Source: the human T2T-CHM13v2.0 reference genome, Homo sapiens
DNA: 64,000 bases
NCBI RefSeq assembly: GCF_009914755.1
Contig: NC_060941.1
Reading direction: 5' to 3' (one strand)
Under the pieces are notes generated by a model that made no database searches, had not been told where the DNA came from, and was given only the letters and a program-made list of their open reading frames with translations. Shown in pieces: positions 37,363 through 55,873 of this stretch (positions are counted from its first letter, which is position 1; every line of letters starts with the position of its first letter). Both the position numbers and the translations under genes were made by a program.

Positions 37363-38232
37363 TATTGCAGGATCTGGCCAGCAATCTGCAATGCAATGGG
37401 GCTCTTTGTTCCCAGGAGGATTGGCAGGTTGAGAAAGAATAGACACACACAAGATAGTGAAAGCTGGGTCCGGGGGGTCACCGCCTTCTGGTCCTGCGAT
37501 GCCACCAATGCACTGGATATAAATATAGCATTTGTTATTAAGTTTAGTGAGGGTGGGGGTAGGTTAGTGAGGGATTTCGGGTCATTTGATTATGAGGTGA
37601 GATGGTCACATGGGGATGAAGCAATTCTTTAACATAACATCTGTATGCAGAAGTACAATATACAGAGATAAGAATTTACAATATAGTATGTGCATCAGTA
37701 ATTTCTAACAGAGCCTTAAAACAGAAACACAGTGTTTCCATAACCTGTGATTAGCAAGATATTAATCAGCAGTAACAGTTGCAGCAAAAGCTGGTTACAA
37801 ACAATCCATAGAAACAGGACGTGAAGCTAGACAACAGGTTAGACCAGAAATTCTCAGAAGGGAGAATGCCTTAACCCTAAAGAGGCCTAGAAGAGCTGTG
37901 GCAAGATGAGGGCATTTATAGCCCTATCTTATCCATATGAACATGCACCCCTCATGCGTCCGTTTATAGGCTCTCCTCAAGGGTCGCATTCCGTTCTCAG
38001 AGCTATGAACATCTGCTTTTCTGGGATAGGAATCTTGGTGATGTGAAACATCCCTGCCTGCCCTTCCGTTCATAGACTCTGCAGGGGGAAGCACATCACA
38101 CGCTGTTGGCTTATTCTGGTAGTCCAGCCTGGCATTGTCTTTACACAATCCTGCATGCAACTTTGTATTTACAATAATCAGGAGCATTTCATCTTTTATT
38201 CCATAGCAATAGTTTCAAGGGCTCCCCCTACA
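37363..38232 (-). mobile_element. Solo ERVK-class LTR (MER11D-like)
   Basis: 870 nt; minus-strand start TGTAGGGGGAGCCCTTGAAACTATTGCTATGGAATAAAAG; exact 6-bp TSD ctttac at 37357-37362 and 38233-38238. Confidence 0.85.
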
Positions 38233-41212
38233 CTTTACATTTCAGTCCTGTGCTTGTCCCTACAAGTTTAAAAAAAAAAAGTGAGAGTGAGGGAAAGCTA
38301 CCTCTGCACACCTGCAGCAGGCTCAGCGAGGAGCCTGGTGGGGCCGGGGCCCACCTGCCTGGCACATAACTTCATCAAGTTGTCAGTGTGCATTTTGCAA
38401 TAACAAGGGACAGATCATGTCATCCTCATATCCTTTTATAGTTGGAGCCATTCTTGGGACTTTTGGTGCCTGCTGCCAGACTCTCCTGTTTTTGATGAGA
38501 AATGTGAGCAGTTGTTGTTAGATGTCAGTGATTCTTCTTTGAAACATAAAAGAAGACATACCTGACTTGTAATTGTCATCCACTACCCTGAAACTTTAAA
38601 TGTTAGTGTTCAGTAAACCTATTTTCCATTCAGCTGCCAATGCACTCCTTTTAATAAAAGTGTCAATCAAATTCATCCTTTTAACTCTCCCAAGGCTTTC
38701 CTCTTCCCTTGAAATGAAATCGGATCCTCCACAGAACTGGCGAGCCCCCATGTACCCTGGCCACTGCCCACACATACAGGCTGATTGTTCCTCCCCTACT
38801 CATCACTCCCGATGCCCTGGCCTTGCTCCCTTCTTCAAAGGCAACTGCCTTACTCCCTCCCTTCCTTGACTTTCTGTCCCTCTCTCTGGAAAGCTCTTTC
38901 CCTCTGCTCTGTTTCTTCTCTGTTTTCAGGTCTCAATGCAAATGTCACCTCTCAGGCAAGCTCTCCAAACTGAGACAATAGGAGCTCGGTTCACATCTGT
39001 CAAAAATAGGAGCAAACAGGCTGTTAGGAGGCTGAGTAGAATGTTTTACTGGGACTAGACAATATCAAACTTAGATCCCAAGAGCCCAGGAATTCGTATT
39101 CAAGGTCAAAGTGTCAACAACAAGAATACTGAGTCTTACATAGGTACCATGCTGCACCATTTATAAAGCACTTCCATACACAGGGGATCTTCACAACCCC
39201 ACAATGCTGCCAGGCCAGGTCTCTCAAAAGGAGGACTCTGATGGTCAGGGGAGTCAACAATATATCCAAAACCAGGACCAAAAAATGTTGCCTCCAAAAC
39301 AAGCCATAATTCTTCTTCTCATCACAGCATCCCACACCATCTCCTAGTGGGTAAGACTCATAGCCCAGCGCCATCATGGTTTATTTCACAGGGAAGGGTG
39401 GGGCAGGGATTAGGAGACATTTCCCAGGGTCTTGTTTCCTTGCTTCCTTGCTATGGGCCTCTCCCCTCAGAGCACTGTTTTCTGAGAAGGCCTGGCTCGA
39501 GGAGCTGATGACCTCAGCGACTGCAGACCTGGGAACCTGCAGAAAGGAGAAATTAAGTTTGCACCTGGGAAAGCCCAGGGTTGAATAACAGAACCTCGCC
39601 TTTAAGAATTCTTGCTTTTTTTTTCCTGCCTCTGCATTGTTGCTGAAATATACAAGAGAGAAAGAAAGGATTCTGAACCCATTATTTATCTCCTCCTTCC
39701 AAGCAAGCAGCAGACATTCATGATTAATGATGAGGTGACTTTCTACATTGATTTAATTGAAATCTGTATCCTATCCAGGTTATTTTTAAAGTTTATAAAG
39801 ACCTTTTCTACTGATTCTTCTCTTCCAAACTCAAATAAAGAAATGTTTTATATACATGATCTTCCACTAAAAAGGAGCCCAGACTCTCAGATCCTCAGGA
39901 ACATCTGTTCTCCATTCTATAGGACTGTGCTGCTGAAGACAAATGGAGTAGCGAGTGACCAATCTTTGAGACTCAGCATTCTCTCTATGTTAGCCCTAAC
40001 GCAAAAGAGAGGACTGGTCCGCACCTAAGGGAAGAAGGTGGCCACGAGCAACTGTTGAGGGCTGGTCTCCTTAGCTGTCCTCTGGTATCCACAGCCCTGA
40101 ATGGAAGGTTTTGGGTATTTTTCCCTGGACATCTCTACCACACCTAAATATATGGTCTGCAAGTTTTGGAGAGAATTTCCAACCCCCACTCTACCTCCTG
40201 CCCCTCCCTACCTGTTCTCATAGGTTGATGATATTCTAATCTCTATTAAGAGTTCCCATTCTCAATATCTCTTCATTTCAATCATTGATTTAGAAAAGTA
40301 GGAGTAGAGAAGTGAAAAATGAGACTCAATCTCATTTGTGGGCTGGGCCTTGGGTTTCCTTACTTGATTGCTGTTTTTGTTTTTTTAAACATTGCCAAAT
40401 CTGGATGCCACTGAAGGCAGTAATGTGACATAATGATGGTCCCAACTGCATATAAATAAAAACAGGTGGGGCCAAAGCTCAAGGCTCACTAGGACAAAAG
40501 AGACTTTTCCGCCAAATAACCCACTCACAGTTCTTCATCATCTGACGCAGACCCCAGGCAACTGAGCAGAGAACTCCAGCATAGAGTTCCAGGCCCACAT
40601 CATAGAACTACAGAAAGTCACAAGGAGTCCTTGAGTGCCGAGGCAGGAACAAAGAGAGGAAGGTGAACCAAAGGCACCTCCCCACCATCCAGCCTAGCAG
40701 ATCCCACACTCCTCCTGGCCACTATATCCCTCTACCCTTTGCTGCTCCTTCCTACTTTCTACCTAAACATTTCAGCACAGCATGGTTGTGTGTGTGCATG
40801 TGTGTGTGGTGTACATATGCTTATATGGTATGTGGTTATGTATATGTGTATATGAGATTATATACCATATGTTAAGGTGATAGATTTATATTACCTCAGT
40901 ACAGGTTTTTTTTTTACTCAAAAGGTTTTCGGATCCCTCCACTTAATGTTTCAGAATAAATAGTTCCTGTGTCTCTAAAGACACCTTCATATGAATTTGC
41001 CATTCTGTTTCCCACCACCTTCTTCCCAAACACTAAATCCGGGTTAATAGTCTTTCATGGAGGCTTTTCCATTGAAGGAAATCATAGGCCATATATGGGG
41101 TGAATAACCTCTTCATCTGATGGAAAAACTCTGGTTATTTTTTTAATTTATACAAGACAGCCAATTTTGGAATTAATGAGTGAAACAGACAATTATAACT
41201 TTTGAATAACAG

Positions 41213-41367
41213 TTTATTAGGAGGTTAACAAAGGATTTCTATTGCATCTCCAAAGACCAAGAGTGACAAGGAAGATTTGCTCCAATTATGTTCTGTTTCA
41301 TAGCATGCCCATCAGCTCTATCACATTTAATGGAATTTTCTCTAAATTGTATTATTTAAGTTTTATT
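41213..41367 (-). terminator. Candidate KRT33A polyadenylation signals
   Basis: AATAAA (minus) at 41362-41367 and 41213-41218. Confidence 0.5.
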
Positions 41368-41650
41368 CAAGTATAACATGTTATGCAAATGTGTCTTTAT
41401 GGTGATAGATATTGCTTGATCTTGATCCTGCTGTAGGTCTCTCTATGTGACTCAGAAGACAGATTTTGCAGCCTTATGCTGAAGAATCAAGCCAGGGAAT
41501 ACAGTGGAAGGCTAGAGCTGACCCCTGGAAGCCAGGGTTGATAGAAAGGTTTCTGCCTCTTTCCAAAGTGTGGTCACTGTTGGAGATGTTGGGATGAAGT
41601 AGAGTTGAGGTGTGACTGATGCCTTTCTTCTCCTCCTGGTTGTGGGGCCT

Positions 41651-46299
<4,649 letters not shown>

Positions 46300-46382
46300 G
46301 GTGCAGGGAGGGAGTGTCCAGCTGAAGACAGAGTCCAAAATCTCCAGGTTGTAGAGCGGTGGGTCTCCTTCCTCCAGGGAGC

Positions 46383-46608
46383 ATTTATACCTCGTCCATG
46401 GAGGGTGTGGACACGTAAGACAACCCCTTTTTTTTTTTTTTTTTTTTGCTCATTTGGTGATTGTCAAAAGCCCTTCCCTCCATTTGTTGTGTTTCTTCAG
46501 AAGAGTCTCTCCCCTCATAAAATACTTTACTTGGGCTTCTCGCTAAGTCGGGACTCCTCTTCCATGCTGTGTGTCATGATGTAAGAGCTTCATGGTGTGA
46601 CTTCAAAG
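46383..46608 (-). promoter_or_regulatory. KRT33A proximal promoter (TATA, HOX13-like site, HK1/LEF1 motif)
   Basis: TATAAAT 46383-46389; CTCATAAAA 46514-46522; CTTTGAAG (minus) 46601-46608. Confidence 0.72.
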
Positions 46609-47349
46609 ACCTGGACTCATGAAAGCCCTGGCCTTCTTCAGTGGGGTGCAGCAGGTCAAGAGACAGTATTGCTGTTCTGCTTTGTGGCTTGAGGCCCCTA
46701 ACTCTTTGGCAAGCTCTGGCTCTCCTTGGTGAAATGGAAAAGCATAGCTCTTGCCCTGTGTCTTTTGCTAGGTCACATTTCCAAGTGCCAAATTCCAAAT
46801 TCATGGTTCTCAGAAAGAGGAATAGATCCTTTCTGGGACAGTTCCTGATGGCCATGTTTCCTGATATGATGGGCTTTTTTCATGTCCATGATGACGTCAA
46901 TCAACCAAATAATAGATATCCACTATGACAATTTCATCCAGGGCGATGTAATAGACACTGGGAGGGGTGGAAAATAGGACTCAATGCTATGGTCAGAAGA
47001 AGTTCTTACTTGTTAAGAAACTGCACAAGCCCAAGGTAGTGTGGACACTTTTCACAAACTAGATCCTTTTTACAAACATGATCCTCAAACATGCAGAACT
47101 TAGATGTCCATTATTCCTCACCAGAACTCTTAAAGGTAAACTGTATAATTCCCATTTTATAGATGAGAACACCAAGGCATAGAGGGTGAGGATAATAAGT
47201 TGTGGACCTAGGATTCCAAAGCAGATCACTTTTCTTTTCATCACAACACTTGGCTTAAATATAAATGGCTTACTTCCTTCCCTTCTTCAGACAGGCCGTC
47301 CCTTTCTCCTCTCCAAGCTCTCTTTTTACCTTGAGCATGACACTGTCAT

Positions 47350-48330
47350 GACTTATGTGCTTGTCTCTCTGTCTCTATTTGAGGTCCCTGAAGGCAAGGG
47401 CAGGGTCTAGTTTGTCTTTGAATCCCCAGCTCTAGGCACCTGGTAGGCACTGTTGAATGGGTGTGGGTAGAGTGATGAAGGGATGAACAGGAAATAATAA
47501 TCTGAGGCAGAAGTTGACAAGTGATAACTGAGTGGTTTACACACTGGGGAGGGCGAGCAGCTCCAGGATTGGAGGCTCTTAGGAATGGATGAATGGATTT
47601 GTGCTGGGATAGGGAGGCTTCTAAGAAGCAGAGGGGAGAAAAGTAGGAAGTGCAGGTGAGGAGAATAATGTGCACACAGGAATGGGGTGGGAAAGCCCAA
47701 GGCATGGTTGAAGGACCAGGGTAAGTCTAGGCAGCAGGAAGGGGAGAGTTGTGAAGGGAAGTGCTAGAAATTAAAGCTTTATGGGGGATTGTATGGGGAC
47801 CCTATGGTAGGGGGTCTCGATGGTGAAGTGGAGCAGCTTGGACTTCCCCAGAAGCTGTAGAGCCAGTATAAGCTTTTGAACCTAAGTGTGGTGTGACAAA
47901 AGGTGTTTTAGGAAATGTTTTAGCAAATATTTATCTGTTTTTGAAAAATGAAGGAAAGATTGGAGGCAAAGAGTTCAGCAAAGAGACTATTGCAACAGTC
48001 CATGCAAGACTAGAATTTATGGCAGGGATGATGATACAGATAAGGTTTAGTACAAGTGAGAGAGTTAGAGAACTGGGCCAAGGGAGAGTACAAAGAGAAG
48101 AGCAACAAGGAGCTGAGGACCAAACTTTGGAGAATTTCCCAATCAGAGATCAGGAGAAGGAAAAAGAATCTGTGATAAATGGAGAAATGGTGAGAAAAAA
48201 ATGATAAAAACAAGTTCATGGCATCCCAGAAGGGCAGGAAGGAGGGTGCTTCCAAGAGGAGGTGATGTTAGAAGTGCCAAGTGCAGCAAAGGGGCCGCAC
48301 ATGATCAGGACCATGGAGAGGGTATTGGCT
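47350..48330. mobile_element. L2 fragments
   Basis: L2 3' end (tgaaggcaagggcagggtc..ggcacctggtaggcac..gaatgg) and internal L2 motifs. Confidence 0.55.
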
Positions 48331-51300
48331 GCCTTGACCAGAAATTTACCAGGACCTTTCCAGGGTCACACAGGTATGCCTGCTGTACGCAGCGCCTGTG
48401 CACATTCTTAAAGTAATGCCCACAGTGAACTTCGGTAAACCAAGACTTCAAACACACAGAATTGAGATGTTCATTACTTAGAGAAGTTCTGCTGCAATAA
48501 ATTTATATATCTGATTATTAAGCTTGGAGCTTTGATCTTACCAATACAGACTTTTATACAATAATTGGAGTGGGCTTTACGCAGATGCCAGACTTGTTTG
48601 AACTTGATGATTCGTAATAGTTTATTATTTAGGAACAATTATCCAAGAAGCATGAGTAATCTGAACTGACCGTGCATATGACACCACTTCTGTTTTGTCA
48701 CAAGATGTAAGATGAGCCTTATTTGATATCCTAAAGAGGCAATGAGGAAAAAATTCAAGTATGGGCCTGAGGAGGCATACATTGGCCAGAAAGAGGAGGG
48801 GCTTCCTATGTCCTTGCTAGCAGAGGATAAAGCAGACAACAGATTCCAAGCCTCCCAGCTACAGCTACCAATCCAAGCAGCTTCCAAGCCTCCCAGCTAC
48901 AGCTACAGACCAAAAACCAGATGGCTTTGCATTTGGCTCTTCTCTTCCTCCCTCTTACCTCCTAACATAGATCCTAAATATGAAAATGGTTAAAAGAGAG
49001 AGGGAAAATCTTGGAACAAGATATTGGGGATCCTAATGGTCAACTCATCCAAACCGTTCGTTTTACGAAGGGGAAACTGAGGCTCAGAATGGAGAAATGC
49101 CTTGCTTAGTATCATCTAGCTAGGACCCAGATCTTCTGATTCCCACTGCATTATCAGCCCAATCACCATTCTACTGAAATGTTGAAGAATTTCACAAACA
49201 ATCTGATCTGTTATTACCTAAGGACAGAAATCAAGGGCAGTGAGAAAAACATCTTGTTAACCATAGATATGCTGTGTTGAAGAAGAATTATGAGTCAATG
49301 TGTAAATAAAGATAGAATTCAGCAATAGTACAGTTTCTTGTTAACTCTCTGATTTCAATTATTTCTAAGTTGATGATACAATTATATACCAACAATTTGG
49401 AGTAATTTAAACATAATTATATCCCATCAGATATAGATTATATCCCATCTGTTTGGAGCAACTTAGAACAATTGGTCAAACAATGGTGACCCTACTCGAC
49501 AGCAATATGCTTATCCAGAGTAAGGTACACAAAAGATAGTCACAACAAAATTAAACTATTATTAAAATGGGGACAATTGAGAGATTAAAGAAAACACACC
49601 ACAATGACACTGGATGCTATTAAATGACAGGATTATGAATGTTTTTTTTCTTCTCTCCAAATTCTTTGAAAATATATGTTACTTCTGCACAATAAACAAA
49701 ATAAAATTTACATTTAAAATTTCAGAAGGAAATTCTTGCAAATCTTCTAGAGGAACAATGAGTTATTAAAAAAAAAAAGCCTAGGAGGCTCCTGTTCCAA
49801 TATAATTACTACATTACACTTGAGCCTGTTCTAGAAATAAAGTCTTTGTTGTGATCGGCATTCATGCCCTTGTGATATCTGCTGACTTTGTCCATTCCAA
49901 AGGTGAGCTACTAAGAAGGAATGAAGGGAAATCAAGCTACCTATAGCTCATGAATTGACTGGCATGAGGTCTGAGCTTCGGGTGAAGGAGAAGACAAGGA
50001 GGAGTAACCCTTGGAGAAACATTCTGCCATTGACTGCTAGCCCATGGTCCAAGATTGGCTGCTAGAACCACCTCATATTGACCCGCATCCATAGACTATA
50101 CTTCCCACATACACATAAGGGATAATTAAATTTCTTTTCTGGAAATACTATCTAAGTCAGATAAAGCCTACAGGCTTAGCATGCTGGAGTTACCAAGGAC
50201 CTAACTGGTCATTTCACTCAACTCTTTCATTTTAAAAATGGGATAACTTTGACCCAAAAGGGGAAGTGACTTGCCCAAACTTGCAGAGAGCTTGTGAAAG
50301 AGTCTAAACTGAAAGAGGATAAATTAGACTAAAGAAATAGGATAAGGCTTTTAGTCTTTATGAGAGAGTTCAGGCGGAGACCACCGAACGATGCAAGTCT
50401 CTCTAAACACTAAACCCTTAGTAAAAAGGTGAACTAGAAAAATAAAGGATGCTTGTTGTTAAAGGAAAACTTTAAAAAGCTGAACTATCTATCTCTTAGT
50501 GGGCTCTAATTTTAAAATTATAATAGTAAATAATAGTAAATAGTAAAATAGTAAAAAAAAAAAAGTAAATAGTAAAAATCTCCTTTGAGATTGTTAAACT
50601 AGTGACCTATTTATCATTAAGGTTTGGGGGTTGAATCAATGCAAGAACCTTCATGCTGATAAATTAACAAAACACCCAAGGAAATAACTCACAATTAGCA
50701 AGGAGGAGAAGATACAAGAAACAGAAGGTTAAAGCCAAGTATATTAAATAACTATGTTTAAAGAGCTTATACGACAAAATAAGGAATCAAATCCCTAAAA
50801 GAAAATGGTAGCCACTATGCAAAAAGTATAGGCATGTTTAAAAAAAAAATGTCAAACAACTTCTAAAAGTGAAGAGTATAATTTAAAGTGCAAATTTTAA
50901 GTGTAAAATTTCATCACTAGGTCTTTTGTGGCTTCAAAAAATCAAAATTTTCTTTTGATATCAATAATATTATTCAGGGTGCTAAATTTTCACTCATCTC
51001 CTACTGAACTAATGAAATTTTAATTAAAAACAAAGTTTTAGCTCTCATAATTCTATTGGACATTTTTAGATATTTTATACTTCTCCTATTAAGTCACAGC
51101 AATTGTTTAATTGTTGCATTTGTTCTGTCAGCTTAATTTTATTAATAATTGTTCCACAGAGCTTCACAGAAATATTTTAACAGAGTTCTAGGAGTCAATA
51201 AATTTAATTGTTTTACTTTTTTCATTAAATGACAAATTCATTTTTATAAAATTAAGTTGACTCCTAATAGATTTTGTCTGGGAATTGATGTAATTTTGTT

Positions 51301-51539
51301 AGTTTTTACATGGAATGTTGCATTTATTCATTTCTGTTAAGATATAAAATATGCATTTCTGCCTTATTATTCCCTTTATTCAATCACTTTTTATGTATCA
51401 AATTGTTGTTAGCTTTAATAGCTGAAATATCCCTTTCTTACAAAGCCAAATAAAGTATTGTCATCTCTGTTAGAATTGCATTTATTAAAGCCAATTCTAA
51501 AAAAATTAATAATAAAAGAGCCTTTCTTTTCTACAAAAG

Positions 51540-53510
51540 TAAAATACAACAAATTTTCAAACTCGATTGATAGGTTAAACATTAAATTAGACAAAGATGA
51601 AAAGAGAATAAGTCAACTGGAAAAGATCTCTAAGGAAATTTACCAGAATATAACACAGAAATATTTAGAGATTGAAAATATGAAAGAGATGACAGACAAG
51701 CTAGAATGTGAAGGTCCAAAATCTGTTTGAAGAAGCACAGAAATGGTGGTATGAAGAGCTTGGGGAAGTCTCTCCCCTAGAAAGACATCTATTAAGCCAC
51801 TCAAAATTAACAAAGACATCAGTCAAAGGCTCTAGGCATTGATTAAAGGGCTTACAACAAATGAGAAGCATTTACTCAACAACCACACACAAAAAATGGA
51901 AACTTGATAAGAACACTGGGGGCTATGATGTTTAAATGAGGGACTCCATTATTTCTCATGTCTCTGCCTTCCAGAAGCACCATGTGCTGGGCAGCTGAGT
52001 GGCAGTTCCCAATCCTCCCAGCAGCCAATACACATCAGCAGATCCCATTTTTCATAGCTCACCCATTTCTAACCCCAGTTCCCTCTACATAGGGAGGATT
52101 CAGGCAGGGTGGCTTGAGGAGTGCAGTCCTTCTTTCCTGCACACCTCTGTGTTACAGGAGAGATGTTCCATTGGGCTCCACAGTTAAGATGGCAGTATCA
52201 CCCAAGTTGATCTAAACTTTCAACAACACCTACCAAAATCCCAGCTAGCTGTTTTATAGAACTTGACGTGTTGTTCCTTTTATTCATGTGGAAATGCATA
52301 AGACCAGAATAGCCAAAACGATCTTGAAAAAGAAGAACAAAGTAGGGGGATTAACATTTCATGATTTCAAAACTTACTACAAAGCTACAGTAACACAGAC
52401 AGTATTCTATTGGCATAAAGATAGACATACAGACCAACAGAATAAAATTGAGAGTCTAGAAATAAACCCTCACATTTATGGTCCATTAATATTCAACATA
52501 GGTCCCAATATAATTAATGGGGAAAAATAATCTTTTCAGTAAATAATGCTGGGACAACTAGACATCCACATGCAAAAGAATAAAATGTTTGACCCCTTTC
52601 TTACACCACAGACAAAAAAAATGACTCAAAATGGAGCACAGCCTAAATGTAACAGCTAAAACTAGAAAACTTAGGAAAAAAATGTAGAAGTAAATCTTCA
52701 TGATCCTAGGTTAGGATCATGCACTTATTCCTCCATAATACCTGTTATATGTTACAACATGGATGGACCTTGAAACATACTATGTAAATGAAGCTAGCCA
52801 AAAAAACACATATTCTATGACTTCATTATATAAAATGTCCAGAACAGGCAAATCTAAAGAGACAGCAATGATTTCCTGGGCCTGGAGGGTTGCAGGGAAC
52901 AGAGAGTGACTACTAATGGGTACAAGGTTTCTATTAGAGGTAATAAAATGTTCTAAAATGGTAGTAGTAGTTATAACTCTCATTATACTAAAAACCATTT
53001 GATTTTATACTTTAGATCTGTAAATTTTATAGTATATGAATTATATATGATACATTATACTTCAGTGAAGCTATTTTTTAAAAAAAGGAATTCAGAAGGA
53101 GAAAATGGAGTATAAGATATAAGTAATATTGAAAAAATGTAATGGCTGAGAATTTTCCACGGGTATTGAAATACATGAATCAATCAAGAAGCACATAAGT
53201 CCTAAGTAGGAAAACTAAACCAAAGCCATCCCTAGAATAACATAGTGAAACTGCACAACACTAAAGACAAAGAGATGATCTTAGAAAGAGTCAAAGAGAG
53301 AAAAAAATAGAAGAATTACCAACAATGGAAATACAGGTTAGCAATAGGCTTTTCAGCATCAACAACAGAATCCAGAAGATAATGGTATAATATTTCCAAC
53401 ACGCTGAAGGAAAATAGCTGCCAACCTAGAATTTTATACAAACTAAACCATCATGTAAGAGTGACCACTAAGAAAAGACATTTTCAGAAAATAACAGAGA
53501 AGTTGTCACT
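51540..53510 (+). mobile_element. Old L1 fragments (ORF1 and ORF2 remnants)
   Basis: ORF remnants SIDRLNIKLDKDEKRISQLE (ORF1-like) and [29 protein letters not shown] (ORF2). Confidence 0.8.
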
Positions 53511-53515
53511 TATAG

Positions 53516-53894
53516 ATTCTTAGTCTGCTGTGTGTTGCTACAGCAGAATTCCACACACTGGATAATTTATAAAGAAAATAAATTTATTTCTCCAGTTCTA
53601 GAGACTGGGAAGGCCACTATCAAGATGCTGGTATCTGATGGGGGCCTTCATGCTGCATTGTCCCATGGTAGAAGGTGTAAATGCAAGAGAGCATGACAGC
53701 CAGAGAGCAAAAGGAGGCCAAACTCATTTTATAACAAGTCCACTCTCATGATAACTACCCCCCTCCCATGATAAAATGACATTAATCCATTGATGAAGGC
53801 AGGGTTCTCATGGCCTAATCACTACTTGACCATTAAGTAGTAGTGAATGGTTTAAGTAGTAGTGAATGGTTGGAGGTGTCATTCAAACCATAGC
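53516..53894. mobile_element. MST/MaLR solo LTR
   Basis: tcttagtctg..tgctacagcagaat..caaaccatagca. Confidence 0.75.
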
Positions 53895-54064
53895 AAATGC
53901 TATAAAAACTACCAAAGAATGTATTTCAGAAAATAAAAAGTTAAAACCAGAAAGGACGAATAAAGTCCAAGAAACACTGCAAACAAATAAACTGGTAACC
54001 ATGTAGATAATTCTAAATAATAATAATAATGACCAAATTTTGGAGCATAAAAATAAGGTAAGAT

Positions 54065-54362
54065 TGAACATGGCGACTCACATCTACAATCCTAGCACTT
54101 TCAGAGGCCAAGGTGAAAGAATCGCTTGAGCCCAGGAGTTCACGACCAGCCTGGGCATCATAGAAAGACCCTCGTCTCTACAAAAAAAAAAATTAATTAG
54201 CTACACATGGTGGCATATGCCTGTAGTCCCATTACTCAGGAGGCTGTGACAGGCAGATAGGTTGAGACAAGGAAGGTGAAGCTGCAGTGAGCTATGATCA
54301 TGCCACTGCACTCCAGCCTGGGCAACAGATCAAGATCCTGTCAATAAATAAATAAATAATAA
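54065..54362 (+). mobile_element. Alu (J-type)
   Basis: Alu with (AAAT)n tail. Confidence 0.88.
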
Positions 54363-54412
54363 AATAAACCAAGATAAAAAAGTAAAGTAAAGAACATAAA
54401 CAAAAATTTCTG

Positions 54413-55150
54413 ACAGGGCACAGTGGCTCACACCTGTAATCCCTACACTTTGGGAGGCCAACACAGAGAATCCCTTGAGCCCAGGATTTTAAGACCAGCC
54501 TAAGCAACATAGAGAGACCTTGTCTCTACAAAAATAAAAAGTAAAAAATTAGCCAGACATGGTGGCATGCATGTGTGGTCCCAGCTACTTCGGAGACTGA
54601 GGCAGGAGGGTCACTTGAGGTTAGGATCCTCAGGATCTGGGAGGTTAAGGCTGCAGTGGGCCATTGTATTAATCCATTCTCACACAGCTATAAAGAAATA
54701 CCTGAGACTAGGTAATTTACAAAGAAAAGAAGTTTAATTACCTCACAGTTCTGCAGGCTGTATAGGAAGCATAGAGGCTTCTGCTTCTAGGGAAGCCTCA
54801 GGTAGCTTCCAATCATGGTGGAAGGCAAAGGTGCAGCGAGGTGTCTCACATGGTGGGAGAAGAAGCAAGGGAGTGGGGGAGGTTCTACACACCTTTAAAC
54901 AACCAGATCTTGTGAGAACTCACTCACCGTTGTGACAACAGTACCAAGGGGGATGGTATTAAACCATTCATGAGAAACTGCCCCCATGATTCAATCACCT
55001 CCCACCAGGCCCCACCTCCAACATTTGGAATTACAATTCAACATGAGACTTGGGCAAGGACAACATCCAAACTGTATCGGCTATGATTACACCACTGCAC
55101 TCCAGCCTGGGTAACAGAGTTAGATCCTGTCTCTTAAAAACAAAAAACAA
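54413..55150 (+). mobile_element. AluJ split by an MSTA-like LTR (54665-55079)
   Basis: Alu breaks at gcagtgggccat and resumes at gctatgattacaccactgcactccagcc after the LTR. Confidence 0.85.
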
Positions 55151-55873
55151 AAACATCTTCTATGGATCTTGTTTTTATGCAAGAAGAAAGAGATTAAATT
55201 AGATAGTGCTAAGTCAAGTGTGCACATTTAAAAATTAAGAACACATATTAAAAGGGGGAACAAAGAAAACAAGATCAATCCACAGGTGTCAGGAACTGAG
55301 GAAACAATAAGCAACAAAAAAAAATCATCCTTAATGGAAAGGACAAAGTAAGATTTTTAAAATAAGTCCAAAAAGTCAGTAATAAAATTACATGTAAATA
55401 GATTAAACCCTATTTCTCCTCATCAGACATAGAGTGCCCTCACCACCTTATCCAAAAGTTTCCACTTCCTATTCCCTTTCCTTGCTTTATATTTCCTCTC
55501 AGCACTTATTGCTTGACACAGTCATGCTTGTTTGCCTCTTTTTATTGTCTGTCTTCTTCCACTTGAAAGTAGGCTTCTTAGAGCAGGTCTTTGTTTTGTT
55601 CAGTGCTCTGCCCAACAGGCACCATCGTAAGCATTCAATGATTATACATTGGATTGAATTGATTTATAGAGAAGACACATGAATGACCAATAAAAAGATT
55701 TTTTAAATATTTAATTTCACTAGAAACTTTAAAATTATGAAGTGAGACAAGCTAGATTATACCCACATTTCATTGGCAACATTGCCTTGTCACACTAGAT
55801 GGCCAATTGCAGGTCATCATGTCATGGTGAATTTTACAGCCAGCGTATCTTGCCAAGTCAGTAAGCTAAGTAG

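Noticed and set aside
50910-51540. AT-rich segment interrupting old L1, possibly a DNA-transposon fragment
   Set aside because: I could not assign a family or termini from the sequence alone.
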